From contig CAWCCV010000022.1 in assembly GCA_963794175.1 (NCBI GenBank), positions 9,958 through 73,957 on the forward strand: 64,000 nt of DNA. Direction: 5' to 3'. The notes beneath the pieces are model-generated. The model saw only the letters and a list, made by a program, of their open reading frames with translations. It had not been told where the DNA came from and ran no database searches. Numbering within the stretch: position 1 is the stretch's first letter; each line of letters starts with the position of its first letter. Both the position numbers and the translations under genes were made by a program. Positions 32,282 to 42,438 of the stretch are shown piece after piece. This stretch comes from an uncultured Acidobacteriota bacterium. Its GTDB lineage: Bacteria; Acidobacteriota; Terriglobia; Acidiferrales; UBA7541.

Positions 32282-33646
32282 TCAGTAAATGACCGGCATG
32301 CGCGCGTAATCGGCGCTGCTGGTTTCTTCCTGCACGCGGAGGACGAGGAGGGTTCGATCATCGTGTGGCGGGGCCGCGCCGCTGAACTCATCGGTGGCAA
32401 GCAGAATGGCGCCGGAAATGTCTTCGACAGAATCGCCCGGCTGCGTCTTCGTTAGAATGGAAAACAGACGCTCCGTTCCAAACTCCTCATTTTGAGGATT
32501 CTCCGACTCCACGATTCCGTCGGAAGCGAACACCACAAGATCGCCGGGAAGCAGGTCCAACACGTAAACGTCGTACTCGATTTCAGGAAGCAATCCTAGA
32601 GGCACTCCTTCAATGCTCAGCTCTTCGGCTCTTCCATTCCTGACAAGAATCGGGTGCGGCGCGCCTGCGCTGGCGATGGTGAGACGGCGGGCGTCGGCTT
32701 CGTAAAGCGCGAAAAGCATGGCGACAAAGCGGGCGTCGAGGCGCGCGGCATACAATCGACCATTTAGCATCTTGAGCATTTCCGCTGGGGGACAGGGGTG
32801 CTCCACAACGTGCTCGCGCAATATTCCAATGGCAAGCGAACCGAACAGGGCCGCCGGAGTTCCTTTTCCCGAAACGTCACCCAGCACAAGCGCGAGCTTT
32901 CCGTTGCCGTAGGGAAGAAAATCGTAAAAATCGCCGCCGAGTTCGCGCGCAGGTTCATATGACGCTGCGATATCGAGCCCGGGAACTTCGCGAGCGCCGC
33001 GCGGCAAAAGTTGCCGCTGAATTTCGCGCGCCGTGTCGAGTTCATTGAGCAGGCGCTGCTCATTTCTGCGCGCATCTTCATAGAGCCGCGAGTTTTCCAG
33101 AGCGATTGCAATGAAAGCCGAAAGGGTGGAAAGCATCCGCTCGTGTTCAGGCGTAAACGAATTGGGATCCGCAGATTCTAGATCGAGCACTCCGATCAAG
33201 CGGTCCTGCAGAAGAAGCGGAACGACAAGCTCGGAGCGAACGCCCTGGCTCGTTTCGCAATGAATGTAACGCGGGTCCAGGCGGACGTCGGGGATGCTCA
33301 GCGTTTTTCTGGTTTGCGCTGCAGCGCCCGTGATCCCTTCGCCGAGCTTTACACGAAAGCGCGCGGGAATGGTGTCCTCATAATGCATTGCGAAGACGCC
33401 TTCGAGTAGCTGCGTCTTTTCATTCCAGAGCATTACCGTGAAGACGTGATAATTGACGAGTTTTTTTACGCGCTCGGCGATGCGGCGAAGAAGTGTCTCG
33501 CGATCGAGAATGGCCGTAAGCTCGCGGCTGATGTCATAAAGGAGAGTGAGGGTCCTGGCTTGCTCAGGAAACGAGAGAAAAAGAGATTGCGGCACCGTCT
33601 GTTCGGCGGTGAGCGGGAGCGGCGCGAGTTTTGCGGACTCTTCCAT
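32282..33646 (-). CDS. GAF domain + SpoIIE/PP2C phosphatase
   Basis: SELVVPL..IGVLDL GAF; GGDFYD, GDVSGKG, SDGI.E, DDRT. Confidence 0.92.
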   Translation of the reverse strand: MEESAKLAPLPLTAEQTVPQSLFLSFPEQARTLTLLYDISRELTAILDRETLLRRIAERVKKLVNYHVFTVMLWNEKTQLLEGVFAMHYEDTIPARFRVKLGEGITGAAAQTRKTLSIPDVRLDPRYIHCETSQGVRSELVVPLLLQDRLIGVLDLESADPNSFTPEHERMLSTLSAFIAIALENSRLYEDARRNEQRLLNELDTAREIQRQLLPRGAREVPGLDIAASYEPARELGGDFYDFLPYGNGKLALVLGDVSGKGTPAALFGSLAIGILREHVVEHPCPPAEMLKMLNGRLYAARLDARFVAMLFALYEADARRLTIASAGAPHPILVRNGRAEELSIEGVPLGLLPEIEYDVYVLDLLPGDLVVFASDGIVESENPQNEEFGTERLFSILTKTQPGDSVEDISGAILLATDEFSGAAPPHDDRTLLVLRVQEETSSADYARMPVIY

Positions 33647-33839
33647 TACCCTGGGTACTGCAAGTCTATTTTGACTTAGATGCGGAGGGATGCAAGAAGG
33701 AGACAGCCGACGGCAGCCAGGGAGCAGCGACCGGTGGACAGCGAAGAGTGAATGACTAGCAGTTTCGGGCCAAACCCAGAATGAGGGTAAATTGGCCTAG
33801 GAAGTGGCGCGATTTAACTACCAACTGGGAGACAGTGGC

Positions 33840-34259
33840 ATGGTCACAAGCGGAAAGTATTGGCTGGAGGCGGTGGGACACGTTCGGTCGGATTTGAAGA
33901 AGCGAAAGAATGCGCCGAGGCAGGGATACTTCGGAGCGCCGGAGGCGGTGATTGAGATTTTGCCTCGGTTTGCGAAGTGTCTCGATCGAGTGACTGCTGG
34001 CGAAGATGTGATTGTGATCGCGTGGTTTCACGAGGCGAAGCGAAACGTAATGAAAGTGCACCCCGGTCGGGACAAAAAAAATCCACTGACAGGCGTGTTC
34101 GGAACGCGATCACCGGACCGCCCGAATCCACTGGGATTGCATCGAGTCAAGATACTGGCGCGCGACGGCTTGCGCCTTCAAGTGGGGCCACTTGAAGCGA
34201 TTGATGGAACACCGATCGTGGATATCAAGCCAGTGCTGGCAAGGTGTAACGATACGTAA
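33840..34259 (+). CDS. trmO: tRNA (N6-threonylcarbamoyladenosine-37) methyltransferase TrmO/TsaA family
   Basis: APRQG, GVFGTRSPDRPNPLGL, DGTPIVDIKP. Confidence 0.88.
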   Translation: MVTSGKYWLEAVGHVRSDLKKRKNAPRQGYFGAPEAVIEILPRFAKCLDRVTAGEDVIVIAWFHEAKRNVMKVHPGRDKKNPLTGVFGTRSPDRPNPLGLHRVKILARDGLRLQVGPLEAIDGTPIVDIKPVLARCNDT

Positions 34260-34386
34260 AGACGAGAAAAACGCAATCTAGAGTGCAAAAAAATATGTGT
34301 TAGGCTGAACAAACGCAGGGCTCGCAATTCAGGTCGCGCCAGTGTCGGGCCGGCGCTTGTGAGCTGCGAATTCCGAGGAGCTAACT

Positions 34387-35023
34387 ATGAAAGCAAGGGC
34401 ATTCGTGCGTTTCCTGGGACTGGCAATCGCGATGGTGGTGGCGCCGGCGATTGCTTCCGCACAAAAGACGGTAAAGTGCGAATCGAACGACGGAAAGAGA
34501 AACTATTGCTACGACGTCTACCAGCAGGAACGCGTGACGATGCAACAGCAAATTAGCGGCTCGCCTTGCGAGGCTGGCCGGACCTGGGGCGTGGATAGCC
34601 GTGGCCTGTGGGTGGATCGCGGCTGCCGGGCCATTTTTGCGGTTGGCGTTCGGCAAGGACCACCGACACCAGAAGGGGGTTGGTGGGATTCGAATCCGGG
34701 AGATTCCTGGCCTCCGCACGGTGACTGGCATGGTGGAAACTGGAATCGCGGTGGCGCCTGCTTTTATACCGACCGTGATTTTGGCGGCAAGTTTTTCTGT
34801 CTGCACAGAGGAGAGAGCAGGGAATCTCTGGGCTCTTATGGAGACGACATTTCCTCGATTCGTGTTTTTGGAAATGCGCGCGCGTACATTTATGACGACC
34901 GAAACTTCACCGGGAAAGAATACCGGGCTGAGCGGCGATGTGGCCGACTTGCGCCAGATTCCGGTGCGCGGAAAGTCCGGGCACACATGGAACAACCGGG
35001 TTTCCTCGGTTGCGGTTCGCTAA
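34387..35023 (+). CDS. Secreted DUF3011-like protein with C-terminal beta/gamma-crystallin domain (frameshift near 34920)
   Basis: CESNDG..C, QISGSPC..G.TWG...LWVDRGCRA.F; DDISSIRV and WNNRVSSVAV. Confidence 0.75.
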
Positions 35024-35295
35024 TCAGCAGATCCGCTTTTTTCGGAAATAGGAACTTTACCAGCCAAATCACAAGGCATGGCGCTGCGGAACGTAAACCA
35101 AGCCACCAAGGTCGGCATCCGAGACGCTGAAGACGAAGTCGGATTGGTGTTGGGGCCGCTGAAGTCCTGCAGAAAGTCGTTGTGAATGTCGAGCCACGGC
35201 TTGTGGGGACCTGCGGTGGATAGACGCAGGGGTAGCGGGATTCGTTTTTCTAACGAACCCCCAAATTTCAGAAAATATGGCTTCAGAAACGTGAA

Positions 35296-36333
35296 TTATC
35301 TGGCTTCAACCCGCCAGGTATCGCCCGCCCGGAGGAGCTTTTCCAGATCGCCGGGGCCGCGCTTGGCTATGGACCTCCTTGAATTGCTCGTGGATCACGT
35401 CTTCATAGCGAGGAACATTCGGCCCAGGAACGCAGAACCCCAATGGGAGTCGGAAAACCTTCGCGGTGTTCCATGTGCGAAGCTGGAATGCGTAGGACGG
35501 GCGCGGGATGATGCGCGTCGTGAATCAGTAGATCGGCTTCGGTGATTCCGTTGCCGAGCTGGACGACTTCGATGTCGCCGTCGGGCATGCGCGCGGATGC
35601 CTTTGTCGCGATTTTTGCCGAAGATCAGCGGCTTGCCGTGTTCGAGCTGGACGATGTGCTCGCTGCGCGCATCTTTTTCGGTGAGCGAGAACCATGCGCC
35701 GTCATTGAAGATGTTGCAGTTCTGCAGGATTTCGACGAAGGCCGAGCCTTTGTGCGCCGCGGCTTGCTTCAGCGTGTCTTTCAGGTGCGCTTGGAACACG
35801 TCAACGGAGCGCGCGACGAAAGTGGCTTCCGCCCCGATCGCGAGCGAAATCGGATTGAACGGACGGTCGAGCGAGCCGTACGGAGTGGACTTGGTTTTCT
35901 TGCCGAGTTCGGACGTCGGCGAATACTGGCCTTTCGTCAGTCCGTAAATGCGGTTGTTGAAGAGCAAAACTTTCAGGCCAACGTTGCGGCGCAGCATGTG
36001 AATCGTGTGATTGCCGCCGATGGAAAGCGCGTCGCCGTCGCCGGTAGCGACCCAGACTTCCAGATCGGGCCGAATGGTCTTCAGTCCCGTGGCGACTGCC
36101 GGCGCGCGGCCGTGAATCGTGTGGAAGCCGAACGTGTTCATGTAGTACGGAAAGCGGGAAGAGCAGCCGATGCCGCAGATGACAACAAAATTTTCGCGCT
36201 TGATGCCGAGTTCGGGGAAAACGGATTGCACGGCGGAGAGAATGGCGTAGTCGCCGCAGCCGGGACACCAGCGGACTTCCTGGTCGGTCTGAAAATCCTT
36301 CTTTGTGAGAACGGGCAGAGTTGCGGTGGTCAT
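35296..36333 (-). CDS. korB: 2-oxoacid:ferredoxin oxidoreductase beta subunit (frameshifted)
   Basis: WCPGCGD, GIGCSSR, HGRA, GDGD TPP motif, YGLTKGQYSPT; C-terminus LRAGDTWRVEAR-stop. Confidence 0.93.
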
Positions 36334-36368
36334 TTTAGTGCAGTACCCCAGATTCGACTTTTAAGAAA

Positions 36369-38234
36369 CTAACCCAAAAGCTCTTCGATTTTTTGCTCGA
36401 GCTCGGACTGCTTGAACGGACGGCCCTGAATTTTGTTGAGGCCGATGGCGTTCACAAGAAATTTTGCGCGCAGGACCCAGCTGAGCTGGCCCATGTTGAG
36501 TTCCGGCACAAGCACTTTCTTGTAGCGCTTCAAAATTTCGCCAAGATTCGACGGCAGCGGATTCAGATGGCGCAAATGCAAGTGGCCGATGCGCTTGCGG
36601 CCCGCCAGCTTTTCGCGCTGAGCTTTGACCGCCGCGGTAATCGAGCCGTGCGTCGAGCCCCACGCCACGATGAGCAAATCGCCGTCAGGATCGCCCTCGG
36701 GTTCCGCGAGTCGGAATGTCTTGCGCGATGGCTTCGACTTTTGCCGCGCGAAGGCGAACCATTTTTTCGTGGTTGAGCGGTTCGTAATTGATGTTGCCGG
36801 TGACGTCCTGTTTTTCCAGGCCGCCGATGCGATGCTCGAGGCCAGGAGTTCCGGGAATGGCCCACGGACGCGCGAGCGTTTCCGGATCGCGGCGATACGG
36901 CTTGAAGTCCACCGGATTGGTTTCGAATTTGACTGGGATATCGGGAATCTCGCTGAGTTCCGGAATGCGCCAGGGCTCGGCGCCGTTTGCAAGATAGCCG
37001 TCGGAAAGAATGATGACCGGCACCATGTACTTGACGGCAATGCGGCAGGCTTCGATGGCAACCCAGAAGCAATCGCTCGGCGTCGCAGCGGCGATAACCG
37101 GAATCGGCGCTTCGGAGTTGCGGCCAAAAAGAGCTTGCAACAAATCGGCCTGCTCTGTTTTGGTCGGCAGGCCGGTGGACGGACCGCCGCGCTGAATGTC
37201 GCAAATGACCAGTGGAATTTCGACTGCGACCGCAAGGCCCATGGCTTCGGTCTTGAGAGCCATGCCCGGACCGGAAGTGGTCGTGATGGCGAGAGCCCCG
37301 GCATACGCGGCGCCGATCGCGCTCGTGATGGCGGCGATTTCGTCTTCCGCCTGAAATGTGATGACTCCAAAATCCTTGTACTGCGAAAGCTCGTGAAGAA
37401 TGTCCGACGCGGGCGTGATCGGATAGCTGCCTTGGAAAAGCCGCAAACCCGATTTTTGCGATGCCGCTACAAAACCCAGCGCGAGCGCCTGATTGCCGCT
37501 CATATTGCGATAAAGTCCGGGCGCAAGTTTCGCCGGCGGAATTTCGTAGCTGATCTGAAACGCTTCGGTGGCTTCGCAATAGGCGTAGCCGGCTTTCATC
37601 GCGAGCTTGTTCGCTTCGACGAGCAGCGGCTTCTTGGAAAATTTCCTTCAATCCAGCGAACCGTCGACTCCATCGAGCGGTTGTAAAGCCAATAGCACAT
37701 GCCAAGCGCGAAGAAATTTTTGCAGCGGCTGACGGACTTGGCGTCCATGCCGAGATGATCGAGCGCGACCTTGGTGAGGCGCTCCAGTTCCACAGAAAAG
37801 AGTCGGTACTTGTCGAGCGAATGATCCTCGAGCGGATTCGAAGTCATTTGCGCTTTGCGCAGATCGTTTTCCGCAAACGCATCCGAATTGACGATGAGGA
37901 TGCCGTTGGCCTTCAGATCCGCGAGATTCGTTTTCAGCGCGGCCGGATTCATCGCGATCAGCACGTCCACCGCGTCGCCGGGCGTAAAAATTTCGTTCGA
38001 AGAGAAATGGAGCTGGTAGCCGCTGACGCCGGGGAGCGTGCCGGCAGGGGCGCGAATTTCGGCAGGGAAGTCCGGGAATGTGGCGATGTCGTTGCCGTAG
38101 AGCGCGACAGTATTGGTGAACTGGCTGCCGGTGACCTGCATGCCGTCGCCGGAGTCTCCGGCAAAGCGGATTACGGCGCGATCAATGACCTCGCGCTTGG
38201 TTTTCGGCAGAGGTATATCAGTGGTAGTGGCCAT
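36369..38234 (-). CDS. korA: 2-oxoacid:ferredoxin oxidoreductase alpha subunit (frameshifted)
   Basis: FAGDSGDGMQ, PAEIRAPAG, YPITPAS, QAEDEIA, TSGPG, QRGGPSTGLPT. Confidence 0.93.
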
Positions 38235-38373
38235 TCCGGTTGAAACTCCCCCAAACAAAAAGCATAACACAAGGAAACGACTGGAGATGCGAGGTTGCCT
38301 TAATGCCAGCAATTGGTTTTTTTATGAAGTAAACAAAAAAGAATGATGCGGTGGGGCAGGGTACCTGCGGACA

Positions 38374-39339
38374 TCAAGAGGAAAAACGATCCGATTCTTC
38401 GACCGCCTTGAGGAAACTGCCCCGGTAGTAAAACAGCCCTGCGATCAGCAGCGCAGTGGGGATGGCGGTGGCGATGGCGGAAATCCATTGCGGAAAACGA
38501 AGCAGATTCACGCCGGGATAATTTTGCGGAATCCGGAAAAAATTGAGGCAAGTGCGAATGTATTCCGGATAGGCAGGGCTGATTTGGCTGATGAAGATGC
38601 TGACGAGCCAGAAAACATGAAACGCAATTGTCGCCGTGTAACTCCAGCGCTGTAGCTTCAGAAGGCCGATCCCGCACAACAGAAGGATTGCGATATTTAT
38701 CGTCCATATCCATTGGCCGGAGTGCCCGGAATATACTTGCGTAAAAAGCATGGCGGGAATCATGCCGTTGACGGTAAAGCCCAAAAGCGCGCTTAGAACT
38801 GCGGAAATAATGATTAACCAGGCGAGCAGCGCGATGGGCGGAGGGCAAGCGGGCTTATTAGAAAGCGCGGGGGCTGCAATGGCCAATTCCGCGCCAAATT
38901 GCTCAGCGACGTGCGGACGGGAAAACAGAACGATCCACCAGAGCGACAAGGAGAAAACAAAGGCGCACAAAATGGCCAGCTTGATCATATTGCTGTGACT
39001 AGCCCCAACGAGACTGTCGAAAATATTCGGTCCAACAAGGAACAACAACACAAGAACCAGCGTCGCTAACGCAGAAAAGAATCCGACGATTGCTCCAAGA
39101 GTAAGAACTGCAAGTCGCGCCCAGTTCTTTGCCTTGAAAATTCCCACGGCAACGAGCACGCCGGCGAACCCTCCGACGGAGATCAGGCACTGTGCAACAA
39201 AAAGCATCGTGTACTGGCCGTCGTTCAAGCCGCTCGTATATACCCATGCTGCGAGCAACGCCCAGAACACAAAGTGAGCAATGCTGAGAAAAAGAATGGA
39301 AACTGCGGCGGCGCGGACGGAAGTGGAGAGCCTGGGCAC
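38374..39339 (-). CDS. Hypothetical multi-pass membrane protein
   Basis: About eight hydrophobic helices with an internal repeat (AVGIFKAKNWA / GIGLLKLQRWS); upstream part of the track ORF is antisense to lexA. Confidence 0.7.
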   Translation of the reverse strand: MPRLSTSVRAAAVSILFLSIAHFVFWALLAAWVYTSGLNDGQYTMLFVAQCLISVGGFAGVLVAVGIFKAKNWARLAVLTLGAIVGFFSALATLVLVLLFLVGPNIFDSLVGASHSNMIKLAILCAFVFSLSLWWIVLFSRPHVAEQFGAELAIAAPALSNKPACPPPIALLAWLIIISAVLSALLGFTVNGMIPAMLFTQVYSGHSGQWIWTINIAILLLCGIGLLKLQRWSYTATIAFHVFWLVSIFISQISPAYPEYIRTCLNFFRIPQNYPGVNLLRFPQWISAIATAIPTALLIAGLFYYRGSFLKAVEESDRFSS

Positions 39340-39411
39340 TGCTGAAAATGTACAGCAAGTCCGCTTTGCTGATTGGGGAAACACAAGAGAACAAAAATAG
39401 AAAAAAGAAGG

Positions 39412-39441
39412 TTGACACTTCGCTTTCTTTTCGCCTAGAGT
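39412..39441 (+). promoter_or_regulatory. lexA promoter TTGACA-N18-TAGAGT with TTCGC-N6-TTCGC operator
   Basis: TTCGC at 39419-39423 and 39430-39434, between -35 and -10. Confidence 0.75.
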
Positions 39442-39501
39442 GGCTGTGGAAAAGTCCGGCGCCGCAAGCGGCGAGTTTGACGACGAGATCGAGGAGGCAC
39501 G

Positions 39502-40125
39502 ATGGCCCTCACCAAACGGCAAAAGGAAGTGCTCGATTACCTGGTTTCTTTTGAAACCAAGCACGGTTACGCGCCGAGTTTTGAAGAGATCGGCAAGGGC
39601 TTGAAGCTGACATCGCTCGCAACAGTGCACAAGCATATCTCCACGCTTGAAAAGAAGGGATTTATCCGTCGCGGCTATAACCAGAGCCGGTCGATCGAGA
39701 TTTTGCAGTTGCCGAAGCCGGTCAAGGATCAGGTACTCGACCGCAAAGTACAGGAACTCCCGCTGGTTGGTCGTATTGCTGCGGGCCGTCCGCTCGAAGC
39801 CGTCGAAGAACGCGAAACGCTTTCGCTGGGAGATTTTGCCCGAGGTGGAAACTCTTTCGTGCTGCAGGTGAAGGGAACTTCCATGATTGAAGACCACATC
39901 ATGGACGGCGACTTCGTCGTCTGTGAACAAACCCAAGTCGCGAACGCCGGTGATATCGTCGTAGCGCTGGTAAATGGCGAGGATGCGACGTTGAAGCGCT
40001 TCTACAGGGAAGGCGCCGGAAAGATTCGTTTGCAGCCAGCCAATTCTGAAATGGGCCCAATCATGGTGAACGCCGCCGACGTGAAGATTCAGGGCCGCGT
40101 GATCGGCGTGCTGAGGAAGTACTAG
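39502..40125 (+). CDS. lexA: SOS transcriptional repressor LexA
   Basis: LTKRQ, PSFEEI wHTH, IAAG cleavage site, G.SM Ser, ATLKR Lys; GAGGAGG RBS. Confidence 0.98.
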   Translation: MALTKRQKEVLDYLVSFETKHGYAPSFEEIGKGLKLTSLATVHKHISTLEKKGFIRRGYNQSRSIEILQLPKPVKDQVLDRKVQELPLVGRIAAGRPLEAVEERETLSLGDFARGGNSFVLQVKGTSMIEDHIMDGDFVVCEQTQVANAGDIVVALVNGEDATLKRFYREGAGKIRLQPANSEMGPIMVNAADVKIQGRVIGVLRKY

Positions 40126-40186
40126 TTGGCCGAAATTCGCTGAAAACGGATCGTCCAACGAAACATCGAAACTCCTGTAAGATTGC

Positions 40187-40218
40187 TGCCCGCGCCTTCA
40201 AGCGCGGGCATTTGTTTT
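40187..40218 (+). terminator. Rho-independent terminator after lexA
   Basis: TGCCCGCGC/GCGCGGGCA 9-bp stem, TTTGTTTT tail. Confidence 0.75.
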
Positions 40219-40250
40219 AGCAGGCCCAGTAGGTCGAAAAGGGAAGCCCT

Positions 40251-41921
40251 TTGCCCGAAAAACGTGAAGTGATCGTGATTGTCGAGCCGGATGCAGCGCA
40301 AAGCGCCGCGCTGGCTCAATTGCTGAATTCCTCAGGCTATCAAGCAAGAGTTGCTGGCTCGCAGGCGGAGGGGTTTCGGCTGGTGCAGGAAGGCGCCGTA
40401 GATCTTTTTCTCCTGCGCGCGGATCTGATGGATCTGCAATGTTGCAATGCGCTCGCGGAGATCAAGGGTGCCGCAGCCACGGCCCGCACAAGAGTGCTGC
40501 TCCTCGTCGCCGGCGGCCCGACAGAACGCGCTCGTGGACTTGATTTGGGCGCGGATGATGCGCTGACCCTGCCGCCGGATTCGGCGGAATTGCTGGCTCG
40601 CGTGCGTGGATTGCTGCGTTTGAGACATGCCGCGGAGGCTCTGGAGCGCCAGGCACATATTGCAGACCAGGGACGCGAGATGGCGCAGACCGCGCTGCAA
40701 GCCGTGGCCGTCACCGAAAAAATGACGCGGGACGCGTTTTCGCTGGAGCGGGCGCTGAAGATTGGTGTGAGCGCCCTGTTTGCGATTGCGCTTGTGATTG
40801 CCGGCATTTTCATTTTGTTTTCGCGCAAGGCGGAGAAAGAAAACACGCTGGCGCACATGTTCATCGCGCAACTGCAGCGCGGACTGCAAACGCAGGACCA
40901 GCTCATGGCGGAAACCAAGAAGGCGCGCGAAGAGCTGGCAAAGACCGATCCGTTGCGGCAAAAAAATGATCTGCAACAGAAGACCGAAGAATTGAAACAG
41001 AAGATGGCCGCAGCCAACGGCGACACCAGTGAGTTGCAAAAGCAGCTCGAAGAGACAACGAACAAACTTGCGCGCGTGCAAAGCGATTCCCAAGCCGCGG
41101 AAAATGTGATCCGAACTTCGGCGCCAAGCGTTTGCCTGCTCCACGTTTCCGTCGCGTTTCGTGACCGGAACAGCGGCAGGCTTTTGCGCTATGGGGGAAT
41201 AACTCCGGCGGGAGAGCCCCTGAAGGACAGCGATGGAAACATTGTTTATTCGCTCGAAGGGCGCGCCCCCGAAGTGAGGCAAGACTATTTCGGCACCGGT
41301 TTCATCGTCGGCGACGGAAAAATCCTTACGAACCACCACGTTGCCGAGCCCTGGTGGAAAAACGACGAAATGGACGCGGCACTGAAGCAGGGGCTCGAGC
41401 CGACAATCGCCGAAATGGCCGCCTATTTCCCGGATGCGACGAATGGCATCTCCATGGAAATTCAACAAATTTCCGGCGAAGCCGACCTTGCGCTCCTGCA
41501 CGGCGACTTGAGCAGCATAAAGCGCCCCACGCTGCACCTCGACAGCCGCACGAACGCGGCCGTCAGCGGCCAATCCCTAATCTCGCTCGGATACGCGACG
41601 GGAATCAGCGCGATTTTGGCCCGCGCGGGTGACGAAACGGTCGATCAGATTCTGAAAGTGAGCGGTGGCGATCCAAAACTCGTCATGAGCGAACTCGCAA
41701 AGCGCAAACTGATTCGTCCGCTGGTAACGCAAGGACATATCGGCGACGTATTGACCGACAAGATCGTGTACGACGCACAGACTACGTCAGGCGGATCCGG
41801 CGGGCCACTCATGAACAAAGACGGCCGCGTAATCGGCGTGACATTCGCGGTAGTGCGCGGCTTTGGCGGCTCCAATTTCGGCGTGCCGATCCGATACGCG
41901 GAGCCCATGCTGAAGCGGTAA
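40251..41921 (+). CDS. Receiver-like domain - TM - coiled coil - trypsin-like serine protease
   Basis: REC fold (GLDLGADD..P...ELLARVR), TM IGVSALFAIALVIAGIFILF, heptad region, TNHH / DLALL / GGSGGP triad. Confidence 0.85.
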   Translation: MPEKREVIVIVEPDAAQSAALAQLLNSSGYQARVAGSQAEGFRLVQEGAVDLFLLRADLMDLQCCNALAEIKGAAATARTRVLLLVAGGPTERARGLDLGADDALTLPPDSAELLARVRGLLRLRHAAEALERQAHIADQGREMAQTALQAVAVTEKMTRDAFSLERALKIGVSALFAIALVIAGIFILFSRKAEKENTLAHMFIAQLQRGLQTQDQLMAETKKAREELAKTDPLRQKNDLQQKTEELKQKMAAANGDTSELQKQLEETTNKLARVQSDSQAAENVIRTSAPSVCLLHVSVAFRDRNSGRLLRYGGITPAGEPLKDSDGNIVYSLEGRAPEVRQDYFGTGFIVGDGKILTNHHVAEPWWKNDEMDAALKQGLEPTIAEMAAYFPDATNGISMEIQQISGEADLALLHGDLSSIKRPTLHLDSRTNAAVSGQSLISLGYATGISAILARAGDETVDQILKVSGGDPKLVMSELAKRKLIRPLVTQGHIGDVLTDKIVYDAQTTSGGSGGPLMNKDGRVIGVTFAVVRGFGGSNFGVPIRYAEPMLKR

Positions 41922-41931
41922 TCCAGTGCGG

Positions 41932-42318
41932 TTAGCAGTTGTTCGAGGGCTCGGCGAAGAGCCACTGCAATGCCTCGTTGCGATCTTTGAAGATCTGTAT
42001 CTCCTCTTCGCCGCCACTCAATTCGCGAAAAGTCTGGAACATTCGCGCCAGGCCAAAAATCTCCGCAGTTGGGGCGACTATGCAGCGGCGCGCTCCCTGC
42101 CCGAAGAAATTGCGCGTCGCGATCACACGGATGTCGGCCGAGGATGCGGAAATGTTGGTGGCCCCGCTGAAATCGACAAGCTGGCGAAAAGCGGGATCGA
42201 AATCGGGATCGCGCATTAACCGGTCTTGATGGTCGAGGATCTCCGCGGCGGTGACGTGCCCTGAAGCCGACGAGGAAACCAGACGGCGTTCTGGGTCAAT
42301 GGTATAGGTAATTGGCAC
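41932..42318 (-). CDS. Small STAS/SpoIIAA-like hypothetical protein
   Basis: ITY.ID, QLVDFS, CIVAP...FGLARMF, IF...EAL.WL pattern. Confidence 0.65.
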   Translation of the reverse strand: MPITYTIDPERRLVSSSASGHVTAAEILDHQDRLMRDPDFDPAFRQLVDFSGATNISASSADIRVIATRNFFGQGARRCIVAPTAEIFGLARMFQTFRELSGGEEEIQIFKDRNEALQWLFAEPSNNC

Positions 42319-42438
42319 GCTTGAAGCCCGGGGGAGAGGAGAGAAGGAAATTAGCGCAGTTGTGGAAAAGTGGCAAGAAAAATTGCCGAGCGGCCAGGAC
42401 CCGGGGTGCATTAGAAGAATCGAATGAAATAGACTGTT

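Noticed and set aside
35030-35240. Protein-like minus-strand scraps (PWLDIHNDFLQDFSGPNTNP / DFVFSVSDADLGGLVYVP)
   Set aside because: No start, broken frame and no recognisable family; cannot be supported without blastx
39340-40158. N-terminal 273 aa of the 594-aa minus-strand ORF
   Set aside because: Antisense shadow of lexA and its promoter; the membrane protein plausibly starts at 39339 behind a -10 box
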